Virus record (IMG/VR): IMGVR_UViG_3300044647_000866
Origin: an uncultured virus (IMG/VR IMGVR_UViG_3300044647_000866)
Taxonomy: Duplodnaviria; Heunggongvirae; Uroviricota; Caudoviricetes
Length of the DNA: 64,000 nucleotides
Reading direction: 5' to 3' (one strand)
The notes beneath the pieces were generated by a model that had not been told where the DNA came from, ran no database searches, and saw only the letters and a list, made by a program, of their open reading frames with translations. How positions within the stretch are numbered: position 1 is the stretch's first letter; each line of letters opens with the position of its first letter. Shown here in pieces: positions 45,862-54,364 of the stretch. The position numbers were made by a program, and so were the translations under genes.

Positions 45862-46201
45862 CGATCTTCTCCAGCGCATCTGCTGCGCGGTTGCAGTACC
45901 AAGCGGCCTTGCGAATGCTCTGCGAAAACTTGCCCTTCGTCGGCCTACTCACGTACTTCAGAACGTTTCCTACGCAGTGCGCGACTATGCCCGGTACTTT
46001 CTTAAAGTAGTCCTGAGCAAGTACCGCTTCTATGTAGTCGATGGTCTCGATGCCACCGGGCATCTGGTAATGCGGTGGCTTGTTAACCATGTCGGGGGGC
46101 GAGGCATGACTCTCGATCTTGGTTTGAAATCCGCCCTCCTGCTTCAGCCTATCCATGACGCTTCGGATTTCATCCTCGTTCCTACCAAGTTCATAAGACA
46201 T
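45854..46201 (-). CDS. DUF3310 family protein (T7 gp1.7-like)
   Basis: DMVNKPPHY..GIETIDYI...GNVLKYVSR...KAAWY. Confidence 0.8.
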   Translation of the reverse strand: MSYELGRNEDEIRSVMDRLKQEGGFQTKIESHASPPDMVNKPPHYQMPGGIETIDYIEAVLAQDYFKKVPGIVAHCVGNVLKYVSRPTKGKFSQSIRKAAWYCNRAADALEKIGE

Positions 46202-46216
46202 ACCCCGCCCCCTTAC

Positions 46217-46426
46217 TTATCGAGCCTGCTTGATGCCGGCCTTCTCTGCCTTTTCAGAGATTTCCCCTGCAGCAAGCAGTCCGGCGTGAAGGATCTTGTA
46301 GGCCTCAACCATTGCGACCAGCAACACGCGAGACACCTGAGTTTCTGGGGAGAGATCTTCCTCCAGACGAACCTCTGCCTTCTTCTTCGCGCTCTTCGTC
46401 TTCTTTGTTTTTGACCGGGACATCAT
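46217..46426 (-). CDS. Hypothetical protein
   Basis: Basic N-terminus, amphipathic C-terminus; overlaps the upstream gene. Confidence 0.4.
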   Translation of the reverse strand: MMSRSKTKKTKSAKKKAEVRLEEDLSPETQVSRVLLVAMVEAYKILHAGLLAAGEISEKAEKAGIKQAR

Positions 46427-46568
46427 CGTTAACAATCTCCGTTGTTTGAAAACTAGTCATGCAGTTCATGCAGCGGCGTTTGCGAATCGTCATTGGGTGA
46501 CCGCTGCCGCTGTAACTGATCCTCGTATCGAAGATCAACGTCTTCGAGTTGCAAGATGGACAGCGCAT
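46305..46568 (-). CDS. NrdR-like zinc-ribbon protein
   Basis: MRCPSC....VxDTR-like segment...RKRRCMNC...FQTTE; no ATP-cone. Confidence 0.72.
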   Translation of the reverse strand: MRCPSCNSKTLIFDTRISYSGSGHPMTIRKRRCMNCMTSFQTTEIVNDDVPVKNKEDEEREEEGRGSSGGRSLPRNSGVSRVAGRNG

Positions 46569-46576
46569 CAGTTACC

Positions 46577-47422
46577 TCAGAATGGAACGCTTTGCCAGAC
46601 TGGGCACCCGTGAGAGACGCTGCAGTAATTGGCACAGCGCTTGTACTCACCGCGACGGTGAACCACTGAGTGTCCATTGCCTGCAGAATCTGCCGCAGAG
46701 TTCGCCTCCATCTCGCTGCTGAACAGCTTGACGGCTGACTTCCTGCCCTCCTTCATCAGCGCCCACACGTCACTCGTCTTCCACCGCTCCTCGTCGGTGC
46801 AAGGCTCAGGACGCGCAGCCTGATGCAGCCTAACCCGCTCGTTCAGGAAGTTGTCCTGCTCTTCCGCCGTCCACAGAGGGACAGGGATCACAGCAACCTG
46901 AGACTCCGGGTAGTCATCACCGGCAAGCGTCTTGCTCTGCACCCAGTCGCGGAAGATGGCAATGATCTGAATGCGGTTGACGTTGAACCTGACATCGCCG
47001 GTCTCCGCCATCTGTCGACGGCACAGCGCGGCCAGTAGATTCAACTGCTGTTCCCACTCAGGCTTGCCCTTGCGCGACCACACTGACGTGACCTTGAAGT
47101 CCATCAGGGTGCCGGCTTCGAGGACGTCCATCTGTCCGCTGACAGACCAGCCCTCAACAGTCGTGAACAGTCGAGTCTCGACAACTGCGTCTGTAGTTCC
47201 CTCCGGGTAGGCTCGCTCAAGCACCGTGTGTACGGACTGCCCAAGCAGAGACCAGATCCGATCGGCGACATCCTCCTGCGGCTCAACAGTCTCCCGCAAT
47301 TTCCGTTGGAACGGCGGGGAGATCAGCTGAGTGACGCTGATGTCAGACTTGCCGCGGCTGTACCCATCGTTGGTGACAGCAGCGACAATCGAGCGCGGCA
47401 GGTTCAGTTTGTTTGTGAGCAT
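46577..47422 (-). CDS. PD-(D/E)XK exonuclease (Cas4/RecB-like)
   Basis: ISVTQLI, G.SVH, E.RL, SGQMD...DFKVT, QLN and C-terminal C..YC....C cluster. Confidence 0.8.
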   Translation of the reverse strand: MLTNKLNLPRSIVAAVTNDGYSRGKSDISVTQLISPPFQRKLRETVEPQEDVADRIWSLLGQSVHTVLERAYPEGTTDAVVETRLFTTVEGWSVSGQMDVLEAGTLMDFKVTSVWSRKGKPEWEQQLNLLAALCRRQMAETGDVRFNVNRIQIIAIFRDWVQSKTLAGDDYPESQVAVIPVPLWTAEEQDNFLNERVRLHQAARPEPCTDEERWKTSDVWALMKEGRKSAVKLFSSEMEANSAADSAGNGHSVVHRRGEYKRCANYCSVSHGCPVWQSVPF

Positions 47423-47769
47423 TGGCCTTCCCTCACGAATGAAGATGCAACCAAGACACGTTGCGTACTGCCCGAAGAGATCCGCTTGCGTCTCCCGCTG
47501 TCAACGATCAGCCCCTTCTTGATCAAAGGGGCGAACCGTGGGGTGATGCTGTTGCTCTTGATGTCCGGCATCAACTGCACGACATCGTCTGCCGCACAGC
47601 CTGCCGAACCAAACGAACGGATCTTCTCGTAGACCATCTCCTCAAGACGGGCAGTACTGATCTTGGCGGCAGCGACATGGCTGGTGTCCGGATCTGACGA
47701 TCTGGCCAGACCACGGCTGCCGAACAAGTCATTCGTCCTGAAGTCGAACAAGTCTTTCATGGCTTCCAT
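47404..47769 (-). CDS. Winged-HTH phage protein
   Basis: ARSSDPDTSHVAA...SITPRFAPL.KKGLI.DSG.R pattern. Confidence 0.65.
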   Translation of the reverse strand: MEAMKDLFDFRTNDLFGSRGLARSSDPDTSHVAAAKISTARLEEMVYEKIRSFGSAGCAADDVVQLMPDIKSNSITPRFAPLIKKGLIVDSGRRKRISSGSTQRVLVASSFVREGQCSQTN

Positions 47770-47773
47770 AAAC

Positions 47774-48493
47774 TTAGAAAGGGATGTCATCGTTCAACTC
47801 TTCAACGCCACCGTTTGAGAGTTCAACGCGATCCTTTGTTGCGACGGCCCGTGAGTATTCAGGCGACTTCTGGATGGCTTCCTGCAGACCCTTGGAGAGG
47901 GACGAGAAGGCAGCCGCATCGAAGTTGTCGAGAGAGAAGATCATGCTCTCGTTGACCTGCGGACTTGCCTTCATGCCCGGAAGCAGCGGCATGATCGATG
48001 CGATGTTCGCGTAGACCTTGCCGTTGTTGTTGGCGTGAACGATGTTGACCACGCAGGGCGCACCGATGATGTTCTTCATATCGAACCGCGCCTCTTCCTC
48101 CTTGGTGAACTGGCGACCGCGCCAACTCTCAAGGACAGAGCGAAGCTTGCTCTTCTCACCAATGCTTGCAGTGAACCGCTCGCTGACAGAGAACGGCTTG
48201 CCGGCCAACTTGCCGTCAGGGATCACAGCATCCGGCAGTTCCCAACTGATGAGAACCTTGCGCTGCTTCTTCTCGCTGCCCTTCCAGACAGAAGTCTGGG
48301 TTCCAAGGTCGATGATCCGGTAGCACCGGGCCACATGCGAACCAGCCGGCGGGGGAGCAAAGTCACTACCACCGCCACTGTTGTTTGCTGAAACGATAAA
48401 ACTCATCTTCGCCTCCTTCTCGTGAAAAAACCTTTCGGCCATCGAGACCTGCTCGTGATAGGCCTGCGATCCGTCGTCTAGTTGGTCATCCAT
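47774..48493 (-). CDS. NGO0469-like replication/ssDNA-binding protein
   Basis: G.HVARCYRIIDLGTQ, S.GEKSKLR..LESWRG, acidic DDIPF tail; second start at 48406 with AAGGAGG. Confidence 0.75.
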   Translation of the reverse strand: MDDQLDDGSQAYHEQVSMAERFFHEKEAKMSFIVSANNSGGGSDFAPPPAGSHVARCYRIIDLGTQTSVWKGSEKKQRKVLISWELPDAVIPDGKLAGKPFSVSERFTASIGEKSKLRSVLESWRGRQFTKEEEARFDMKNIIGAPCVVNIVHANNNGKVYANIASIMPLLPGMKASPQVNESMIFSLDNFDAAAFSSLSKGLQEAIQKSPEYSRAVATKDRVELSNGGVEELNDDIPF

Positions 48494-48520
48494 TGGGTGC
48501 CTCCCTAGTGACTAGACGTG

Positions 48521-48566
48521 AGTGTACCCCCTGCCATTTGAACGTGTCAACACCCCCGTGTACACT
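48521..48566. promoter_or_regulatory. Overlapping divergent sigma70-like promoters
   Basis: Leftward TTGACA (48550-48545)-18-TACACT (48526-48521); rightward TTGAAC (48538-48543)-17-TACACT (48561-48566). Confidence 0.65.
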
Positions 48567-48592
48567 GCAGTCTGGACTCAAATGGAGGCTTT

Positions 48593-48892
48593 ATGACGCT
48601 GATCGAATACATCAAGGGATTGAACCTGCGCGAGCGCGAGGATCTGGGCCGGCTGGGCGGAACGACCGGGGCGTACATCACGTCCATGATCTACCGCAAC
48701 GCATCCACGACCTCCTTGGCCGTAGCCGTGGCTATGGACAAGCACAGCGGGGGCAAGCTGGACTTCCGAACGCTGATGAACCGGGCTGAGGACGTGGACT
48801 GGGACTACATCAAGTCTGCCCTGAACAGCCGCAACAAAATCATGTTTGTGACTGAGACGGTCGAGGCAAAAGAAAGCTTGACGGCTGCCTGA
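48593..48892 (+). CDS. Cro/YdaS-like HTH regulator
   Basis: L.EYI.....RE.LG...GTTGAY...LAVAMDKHSGGK...DW.Y pattern; GGAGG SD; first gene of the rightward operon. Confidence 0.7.
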   Translation: MTLIEYIKGLNLREREDLGRLGGTTGAYITSMIYRNASTTSLAVAVAMDKHSGGKLDFRTLMNRAEDVDWDYIKSALNSRNKIMFVTETVEAKESLTAA

Positions 48893-48909
48893 CCTGCTAG
48901 TAAAAAGGC

Positions 48910-49135
48910 AACCCCCGCGCATCGTCGGTGACAACGACAGGGTGCGCGGGGTTATACCGGTACTGTGGGATAGCTTGAAACACCGGGCGGGGCGGCGAGG
49001 CTAGCACCCCAGAGCGACAAGGCTGGCGGGTCATGCGACCGACGGGTCAGCGTGTGAAGGCAGATCTAGGATGGGCTAGGTCTGCTCACTCAGGGTCAGA
49101 TCACGAGGCCTCAGTAGTATCCTTCTGGCCTCATA
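48910..49135 (+). ncRNA. Candidate structured RNA (multi-hairpin intergenic region)
   Basis: Stems CCCCGCGCA/TGCGCGGGG, GCTGGC/GTCAGC enclosing GGTC/GACC, GCAGATCTAG/CTAGGTCTGC and GAGGCC/GGCCTC. Confidence 0.45.
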
Positions 49136-49159
49136 CTCAAAAAGAATTCAAACAGAGTA

Positions 49160-49189
49160 TTGACACCTGTTGAACCTTCCATGTAACTT
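49160..49189 (+). promoter_or_regulatory. Promoter upstream of replication genes
   Basis: TTGACA-18-TAACTT, followed by GAGGAGG SD. Confidence 0.5.
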
Positions 49190-49207
49190 CTCGCTTGAGG
49201 AGGACGC

Positions 49208-49639
49208 ATGGAACTCAATCACTTCCCGATCAAGATTTCGGTCAACCGCGAGGCGCGGGTGGCCTGTGTCACGCAGATCGTCCCCAACGGGGAACCGCAG
49301 AAGCTTTTCATTCACGCCGATCAGGCTCTGGAGATTGCTGACTTCCTGAGCAAGGAGTTCAAGCGCAGGGGCAAAGGCGTACCTGAAGGGGCGGACGCAG
49401 ACTTTGAGCGGTTCTGGTCTGCCTACCCTGTCAAGACATCCAAGGCTGGTGCGCTGTCCTCTTGGAAGCGCAGCCATGCCAATAAGCACGTTGAAAAGAT
49501 CCTCGCCCATGTCGAAGCGATGAAGGCCAGCGACCAGTGGAAGCGCGGATTCATTCCGCATGCGACCACGTACCTGAACCAGCGTCGGTACGAGGACGAG
49601 CAGAAGCAGGCTGAGAACCCTTGGGACAATGCAATATGA
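49208..49639 (+). CDS. Replication initiator-like protein (C-terminal domain type)
   Basis: FERFWSAYP.K..KAGA..SW...FIPHATTYLNQRRYED. Confidence 0.72.
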   Translation: MELNHFPIKISVNREARVACVTQIVPNGEPQKLFIHADQALEIADFLSKEFKRRGKGVPEGADADFERFWSAYPVKTSKAGALSSWKRSHANKHVEKILAHVEAMKASDQWKRGFIPHATTYLNQRRYEDEQKQAENPWDNAI

Positions 49640-49836
49640 AATTCCAAAAGGTCGCGCTCACGTACGATCAGTACAAGATCCTGCTTGACCGCAAGCAAAA
49701 GGCGAATGGCCGAAGCGTGAAGTACCGCGACTTGATCAAGCAGTGGGGTGTTCCGCACTACCACCTATCAACCGCCGTGTACCGCGGCATCAAGCAATAC
49801 GACTACAGGATTTGGAAGGAGGAGCAACCGAAATGA
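49636..49836 (+). CDS. Hypothetical protein
   Basis: ATGA-coupled, 66 aa. Confidence 0.55.
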   Translation: MKFQKVALTYDQYKILLDRKQKANGRSVKYRDLIKQWGVPHYHLSTAVYRGIKQYDYRIWKEEQPK

Positions 49837-50009
49837 AACTCTACGACGTACCGCGAAACAGCCGGATCTCTTTGGTCACAGGCAAGGAACTAAACTTCAA
49901 GCGCATCGACGGCATGTATTCGTACTGCACCGACGATGAGGGCAACGTTTGGCACATTCCCGCAACGACTGAGGTGTTGTTGCTGCCAAAACAGGAGCAA
50001 CCGCGATGA
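49833..50009 (+). CDS. Hypothetical protein
   Basis: MKLYDVPRNSRI...IDGMYSYC; strong SD. Confidence 0.65.
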   Translation: MKLYDVPRNSRISLVTGKELNFKRIDGMYSYCTDDEGNVWHIPATTEVLLLPKQEQPR

Positions 50010-50215
50010 CCGAATTACAGCTAGGCGACATTGTGCAGATCAATCCGTCGGTGGATGGGTTTGGCGGGTGTCTGGCAGTGGTAAACGAAATAAAGAGCGA
50101 TGACCGTCTTATGGTGTATGTGCAAAACGCAGGGCAACAGGGCCAAGCGTATATCTACTTGAACAAGGACAAGTACGAACCAACAGGTGGCCGTGCTGTA
50201 TGGGTGGTGTCATGA
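50006..50215 (+). CDS. Small beta-rich (SH3/KOW-like) protein
   Basis: LGDIVQINP...GC LAVV...QAYI; AGGAG SD. Confidence 0.6.
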   Translation: MTELQLGDIVQINPSVDGFGGCLAVVNEIKSDDRLMVYVQNAGQQGQAYIYLNKDKYEPTGGRAVWVVS

Positions 50216-50463
50216 CCCGCGACGACATCATCCGCATGTCGCAGGAAGCGGGATTTGAAATTGAGAAAACGCTTTACGGGCCTGTCCCTTGTGTCGATGG
50301 TCGCGGCATCGACGACCGTCTTGAACGCTTCGCCGCCCTCGTTGCCGCCCATGAGCGCGAGGCGTGTGCGAGGGTGTGTGAGGCGCGGCACATGGGCGAC
50401 AACAACCGGGAAGATGCAGAGGCGAGGCGTTGCGCCGCCGCGATTCGGGCGAGGGGTGGGTGA
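50212..50463 (+). CDS. Hypothetical phage protein
   Basis: MTRDDIIRM..EAG...LERFAALVAAHEREACA..C...CAAAIRARG. Confidence 0.7.
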   Translation: MTRDDIIRMSQEAGFEIEKTLYGPVPCVDGRGIDDRLERFAALVAAHEREACARVCEARHMGDNNREDAEARRCAAAIRARGG

Positions 50464-50922
50464 ATGAAACTCCCGCAGAACGCAGATCGAATCCTGAGTG
50501 TGCGCATGAAGGGCTTGATATACAACGACACGCTTATCGTTTCGTTCTACGACAAGCCGCGCATCTCGTACGACCCGGTGGTGTACGCGAGGCCGGAGGA
50601 GACATACGACTGGCGCTTTGCTGCTCGCATGACAACGTGCATCGTTTGCCCGATTGGCATGTCGAGTTTCGAGCGCCATGCAATTGAACTACTCAAGCAT
50701 GTTGCTAGGCCTCTGCTTTACTATCACCCGGATGCTGAGCAGGGCGGCTCGCTGTACTACTTCCCGACAGCGGATTCCATCGATGCATGGGTACAGGGGA
50801 AGATAGCCAAGACTCAATGGAAGTGGGCCTTGGACAACGAGTACTGGATGGATTTCCAAAACAATCAATTCCAAAAATTCTTATCGGAAGTCGCCTGTGA
50901 AACTGATCCCAGATACCATTAA
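50464..50922 (+). CDS. Hypothetical protein
   Basis: 152-aa ORF in operon before the helicase. Confidence 0.55.
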   Translation: MKLPQNADRILSVRMKGLIYNDTLIVSFYDKPRISYDPVVYARPEETYDWRFAARMTTCIVCPIGMSSFERHAIELLKHVARPLLYYHPDAEQGGSLYYFPTADSIDAWVQGKIAKTQWKWALDNEYWMDFQNNQFQKFLSEVACETDPRYH

Positions 50923-51883
50923 CTTCAAAGAGTACCTAGACTACGCTGAAGGCAGCGAGAAGGTAGTCCCTGCTTCAAAGTTCCTTGATGCAGTCATCGA
51001 CCGGATACACGGCGAGAGCGCGAACAACTCTCCCGTCACGCCGTGGCAGCGCATCGGAGACAACTTTCAGATGCGCCCCGGCGAGGTCACTCTGTGGGCC
51101 GGCATCAATGGACACGGCAAGACCTTGGTGACCAGTCAGGTCGCGCTGCATCTTATGGTGCAGAACAAGAAGGTCTGCATCGCGTCATTCGAGATGAAGG
51201 CTGAGGCCACGATGGCTCGCATGGTCAAGCAGTCTGCCGCGAACGGCTTGCCGCAGCATGATTACATCCGCCGCTTCCATCTATGGACTGACGACCTGCT
51301 GTGGATCTACGACCAGCAAGGCATCGTCGACCCGGACACACTGCGCGGCGTCATGCTGTATGCGAGAAACAAACTTGGCATCGATCACTTCTTCATCGAC
51401 TCAATGATGAAGGTCGTGCGCGGCGACGATGACTACAACGGCCAGAAGGACTTCGTGAACAGTGTGTGCGCGATCGCTCAGGACACCGGCATGCACGTCC
51501 ACTTGATCGCCCACGTACGCAAACGTGAAGACGAGTTCAGCATGCCGAACAAGTTCGACGTGAAGGGCAGCGGCTCGATCACTGACTTGGTCGACAACGT
51601 CTGCATCGTGTGGCGCAACCGCTCTAAGGAGCGAAAGCTGATGGACAAACAACTGTCGGCTGTTGAGATGGAGGACACGAAGAAGTTGCCTGATTGCGTA
51701 CTGCAGTGGGGCAAGCAGCGTCACTTCGAGTGGGAGGGGAAGGCTGCGCTGTGGCTGACTCAGGGGGCGCAGAGTTTCTCTGACCAGCAGGGCGCATCGC
51801 CTTATCGGTGGGAGCCGCCTGCTCGTGTCAAACCAATGCCGTCACTGATCGTTGAGGATCTTGGCGATGAAGTATTCGACTGA
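50897..51883 (+). CDS. DnaB/T7 gp4-like replicative helicase domain protein
   Basis: Walker A GINGHGKT, SFEM, FFIDS, HLIAHVRK and VKGSGSITDLVDN. Confidence 0.88.
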   Translation: MKLIPDTINFKEYLDYAEGSEKVVPASKFLDAVIDRIHGESANNSPVTPWQRIGDNFQMRPGEVTLWAGINGHGKTLVTSQVALHLMVQNKKVCIASFEMKAEATMARMVKQSAANGLPQHDYIRRFHLWTDDLLWIYDQQGIVDPDTLRGVMLYARNKLGIDHFFIDSMMKVVRGDDDYNGQKDFVNSVCAIAQDTGMHVHLIAHVRKREDEFSMPNKFDVKGSGSITDLVDNVCIVWRNRSKERKLMDKQLSAVEMEDTKKLPDCVLQWGKQRHFEWEGKAALWLTQGAQSFSDQQGASPYRWEPPARVKPMPSLIVEDLGDEVFD

Positions 51884-52139
51884 GCAGGTCGCGGCGCTGA
51901 AGGCCGCAAGACAGAACAACCCGGACATCGCTGAGTTTACCGACGCAGTCAGGCATGTATTCCCGTCGGCAAAACTTGCACGACTTGAGTCGGCTGAGAT
52001 TACAGTCGGCGAGGTGTGGCCTGAAGGCGTATCGGGCGCGGAGTATCGCGCCGGGTTCTACATTGAAGAGCCGAAGGTTAAGAAGGGCAAAAAGCTAACA
52101 GCAAAACAGTTGGTGAGACAGTCGACAAGATACAAGTGA
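51867..52139 (+). CDS. Hypothetical protein
   Basis: 90 aa; GAGG SD. Confidence 0.5.
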   Translation: MKYSTEQVAALKAARQNNPDIAEFTDAVRHVFPSAKLARLESAEITVGEVWPEGVSGAEYRAGFYIEEPKVKKGKKLTAKQLVRQSTRYK

Positions 52140-52148
52140 GGAGGATGT

Positions 52149-52586
52149 ATGGACGAAACTCAGATTGTGTTTCATGGGGAGATCATGCTGCTTGGCTGGG
52201 CAGACAGCAGCACACGGGGCAGGACGGTGACGTTCCTGCTGGCTGAGGATTCAGACTCGCACCCGTTCAAGGACTTCACGATCAAGGCCGGCAAGCGATC
52301 GGGCCAGCGCTTCATGTGCGCACTGGCGGAGATCGGAGATGACGAGCAGCCGGTCAGGCAGGAACAGCGCAACTCACAGTTGGCCTATCTGTGGTGCAAC
52401 GATCCCGACTTCCTGTTCTGGGCGAAGGCCAATGACGCAGGCGAGGCTCGTGAGCGAATGCTCAAGGCCTGTAGAGTGAACAGCCGCGGACAGTTGGATA
52501 CAGGCGATGCGGCTGTTGCCTTCGAGCAGAAGATTAAGAAGCCGTACATCAAGTGGCGCAGCGAGAAGAACGCCGTCTCGCTATGA
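52149..52586 (+). CDS. Hypothetical phage protein
   Basis: GEIMLLGW.DS...GQRFMCALAEIGDDEQP...C.V.SR..LD; GAGGA SD. Confidence 0.7.
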   Translation: MDETQIVFHGEIMLLGWADSSTRGRTVTFLLAEDSDSHPFKDFTIKAGKRSGQRFMCALAEIGDDEQPVRQEQRNSQLAYLWCNDPDFLFWAKANDAGEARERMLKACRVNSRGQLDTGDAAVAFEQKIKKPYIKWRSEKNAVSL

Positions 52587-52885
52587 CCTACCGGAATCGA
52601 AGGCTGCTCGATGTAGCGCGTCACGCTACAGAGTGCATGATGTGCGACAGACACAACTGCGGAACAGTTGTCGCGGCACACAGCAACCAGCAACGTGATG
52701 GCAAGGGCATCGGGCACAAGGCTGCCGACTATCGTGTCGCCTTCCTGTGCTACGACTGCCACATGGAAATCGACCAGCGCAATCGCATGACGAGGACTGA
52801 AAAGCTTGAGCAGTGGGAGGCCGCGCATCGGAAGACGATCGGCTGGCTGTTCGATAACGGTTATCTGGATGTGAGGCGTGAGTAG
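52583..52885 (+). CDS. DUF1364-like zinc/nuclease-domain protein
   Basis: CMMC...VVAAHSN...GKG.G.KA.D...CYDCH..ID. Confidence 0.75.
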   Translation: MTYRNRRLLDVARHATECMMCDRHNCGTVVAAHSNQQRDGKGIGHKAADYRVAFLCYDCHMEIDQRNRMTRTEKLEQWEAAHRKTIGWLFDNGYLDVRRE

Positions 52886-53255
52886 AAAGCGATGCCCGAT
52901 ATGCGGGATGGAGAACACCGGAGGGATACCCCACTCCTACCATAATCTGCAGAAGCGCAGAGGCATAGACATCGACAACGTTTTCGTCGACCACTACTCG
53001 TCAGTCAGGGTGGCAATGAATGTCGCAAACGCAATGATCGATGGGTTAGCAGAATACGAGAGGAGGAAGAAAGATGGGAAAGAGGCAACGCCAACGAGGC
53101 GCAGAGACAGAGCGCGAAGTCGCAAACTTTCTAAGCGAACAACTTGGGATGGAGATCAAACGCAAACTGGGGCAGGCGAGGGATTCGGGGGAAGATATAA
53201 GCGTCTATCCCTACCGCATCGAGGTGAAGCGAAGAAAGAAACTGGCGGTGACTGA
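52878..53255 (+). CDS. Hypothetical protein
   Basis: CPIC N-terminus; long overlap with the next gene. Confidence 0.35.
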   Translation: MSRKRCPICGMENTGGIPHSYHNLQKRRGIDIDNVFVDHYSSVRVAMNVANAMIDGLAEYERRKKDGKEATPTRRRDRARSRKLSKRTTWDGDQTQTGAGEGFGGRYKRLSLPHRGEAKKETGGD

Positions 53256-53406
53256 GTTCATCGAGCAGTGCGAGACCGGTGTGCAGCCGGGTGAGATTCC
53301 GATTGTGATCATGCGTGTCGATGGAGACACTCGACCGCTGGTCATGCTGAGACTTGAGCATTTCATTGAAACCATGAAAGACAAAATACAACGAGGTGTT
53401 CCATGA
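53074..53406 (+). CDS. PD-(D/E)XK endonuclease, Holliday-junction-resolvase-like
   Basis: R.RGA..EREVA..L...G.D.....IEVKRR...PIV. Confidence 0.78.
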   Translation: MGKRQRQRGAETEREVANFLSEQLGMEIKRKLGQARDSGEDISVYPYRIEVKRRKKLAVTEFIEQCETGVQPGEIPIVIMRVDGDTRPLVMLRLEHFIETMKDKIQRGVP

Positions 53407-53675
53407 TTACTCTTTACGGATTCGACAACGCGATAGTTGGCACGGCATCTGCGTGTTGCGCAGACGGCCATGTGCATCGAGCAATCTATGACGGAAGCAA
53501 GATCGTTGAGATACTGATGGACAGCAGCAGGATGTCTCGCGAGGAAGCGGAGGAGTACATCAGTTACAACATCATCGGACTTTGCATTGGCGATGACGCG
53601 CCTCTCGTGATGTGGCCAAAGCCTGACGACACCTTGGTCATAGAGTTCATCGAGGAACTATCCAATGCCAAGTAA
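53403..53675 (+). CDS. Hypothetical phage protein
   Basis: GFDNAIVG...YD..KIVEILM...EEAEEY..YNI.G..IG...P. Confidence 0.75.
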   Translation: MITLYGFDNAIVGTASACCADGHVHRAIYDGSKIVEILMDSSRMSREEAEEYISYNIIGLCIGDDAPLVMWPKPDDTLVIEFIEELSNAK

Positions 53676-54204
53676 CGAGCGCATCGGCACCGCGCTGAAT
53701 TCCAAAAACCTGAAGAGCGACGAGACGCACTTCGATGCCGATCTCGTTGCCGCACTGGCGCATGCCTCGAAACTTGGGGCCACCCTGCAGATGCTGATCA
53801 GTGGCGGGTTCGCTGAAGAACTGCGGCCAGCATCGGACGAACTGGCTAGGGTGCTAAAGAAGGCATGCCGGCGCAGGAACTGGGGCATCGGCTGGCAGGC
53901 CGCCCAGAGGGCGTCGAGGCAGGGGCTGATCGAATGGATGATGAAGGCCTGCCGCGGGTGCAACGGCACCGGCAAGACGCTTCTGAACTACGGGCTAGAC
54001 TCAGCAGACCAGAAGGAGCAGGACTGTCCGCTGTGTGAGGGGGTGGGGGAGTTTGTCCCTGAGTGGCACTGGCGTAGCCAGCAGATGGGACTTGGGCCTG
54101 ATGACTCTCAGGCTTGGTGGACTAAGCGGGTGGACTTAGCCAAGGAGATTGCCGGCGATGCTTTCCACACTGCCCGGAGGCAGGTGAACCGGCAACTTGA
54201 GTGA
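53665..54204 (+). CDS. Antitermination protein Q-like zinc finger protein
   Basis: CRGCNGTG and CPLCEGVG; last gene of the middle operon with a promoter-like sequence just downstream. Confidence 0.6.
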   Translation: MPSNERIGTALNSKNLKSDETHFDADLVAALAHASKLGATLQMLISGGFAEELRPASDELARVLKKACRRRNWGIGWQAAQRASRQGLIEWMMKACRGCNGTGKTLLNYGLDSADQKEQDCPLCEGVGEFVPEWHWRSQQMGLGPDDSQAWWTKRVDLAKEIAGDAFHTARRQVNRQLE

Positions 54205-54242
54205 CCGCTAGATGGTCGATGCATCAAGTCGACCCAAGAAAC

Positions 54243-54272
54243 TTGCAAGTGCCCTAGTCAAGGGATTAGAAT
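54243..54272 (+). promoter_or_regulatory. Putative late promoter (pR'-like)
   Basis: TTGCAA-18-TAGAAT shortly after the Q-like gene. Confidence 0.5.
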
Positions 54273-54335
54273 CTGTGGTAGGTGCATTCCAACTATAACT
54301 ATATTGCGCACCGACAGCGGGGAAGCCTTGTCCTT

Positions 54336-54359
54336 AAAAAAGGGGGGCCGAAGCCCCCC
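54336..54359 (-). terminator. Intrinsic terminator of the AAA/vWA operon
   Basis: Minus strand GGGGGGC-TTCG-GCCCCCC-TTTTTT. Confidence 0.85.
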
Positions 54360-54364
54360 GCAAG

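Noticed and set aside
46577..47422. Cas4-like nuclease as evidence of CRISPR-Cas
   Set aside because: No repeat-spacer array or other cas genes seen; solo phage exonuclease.
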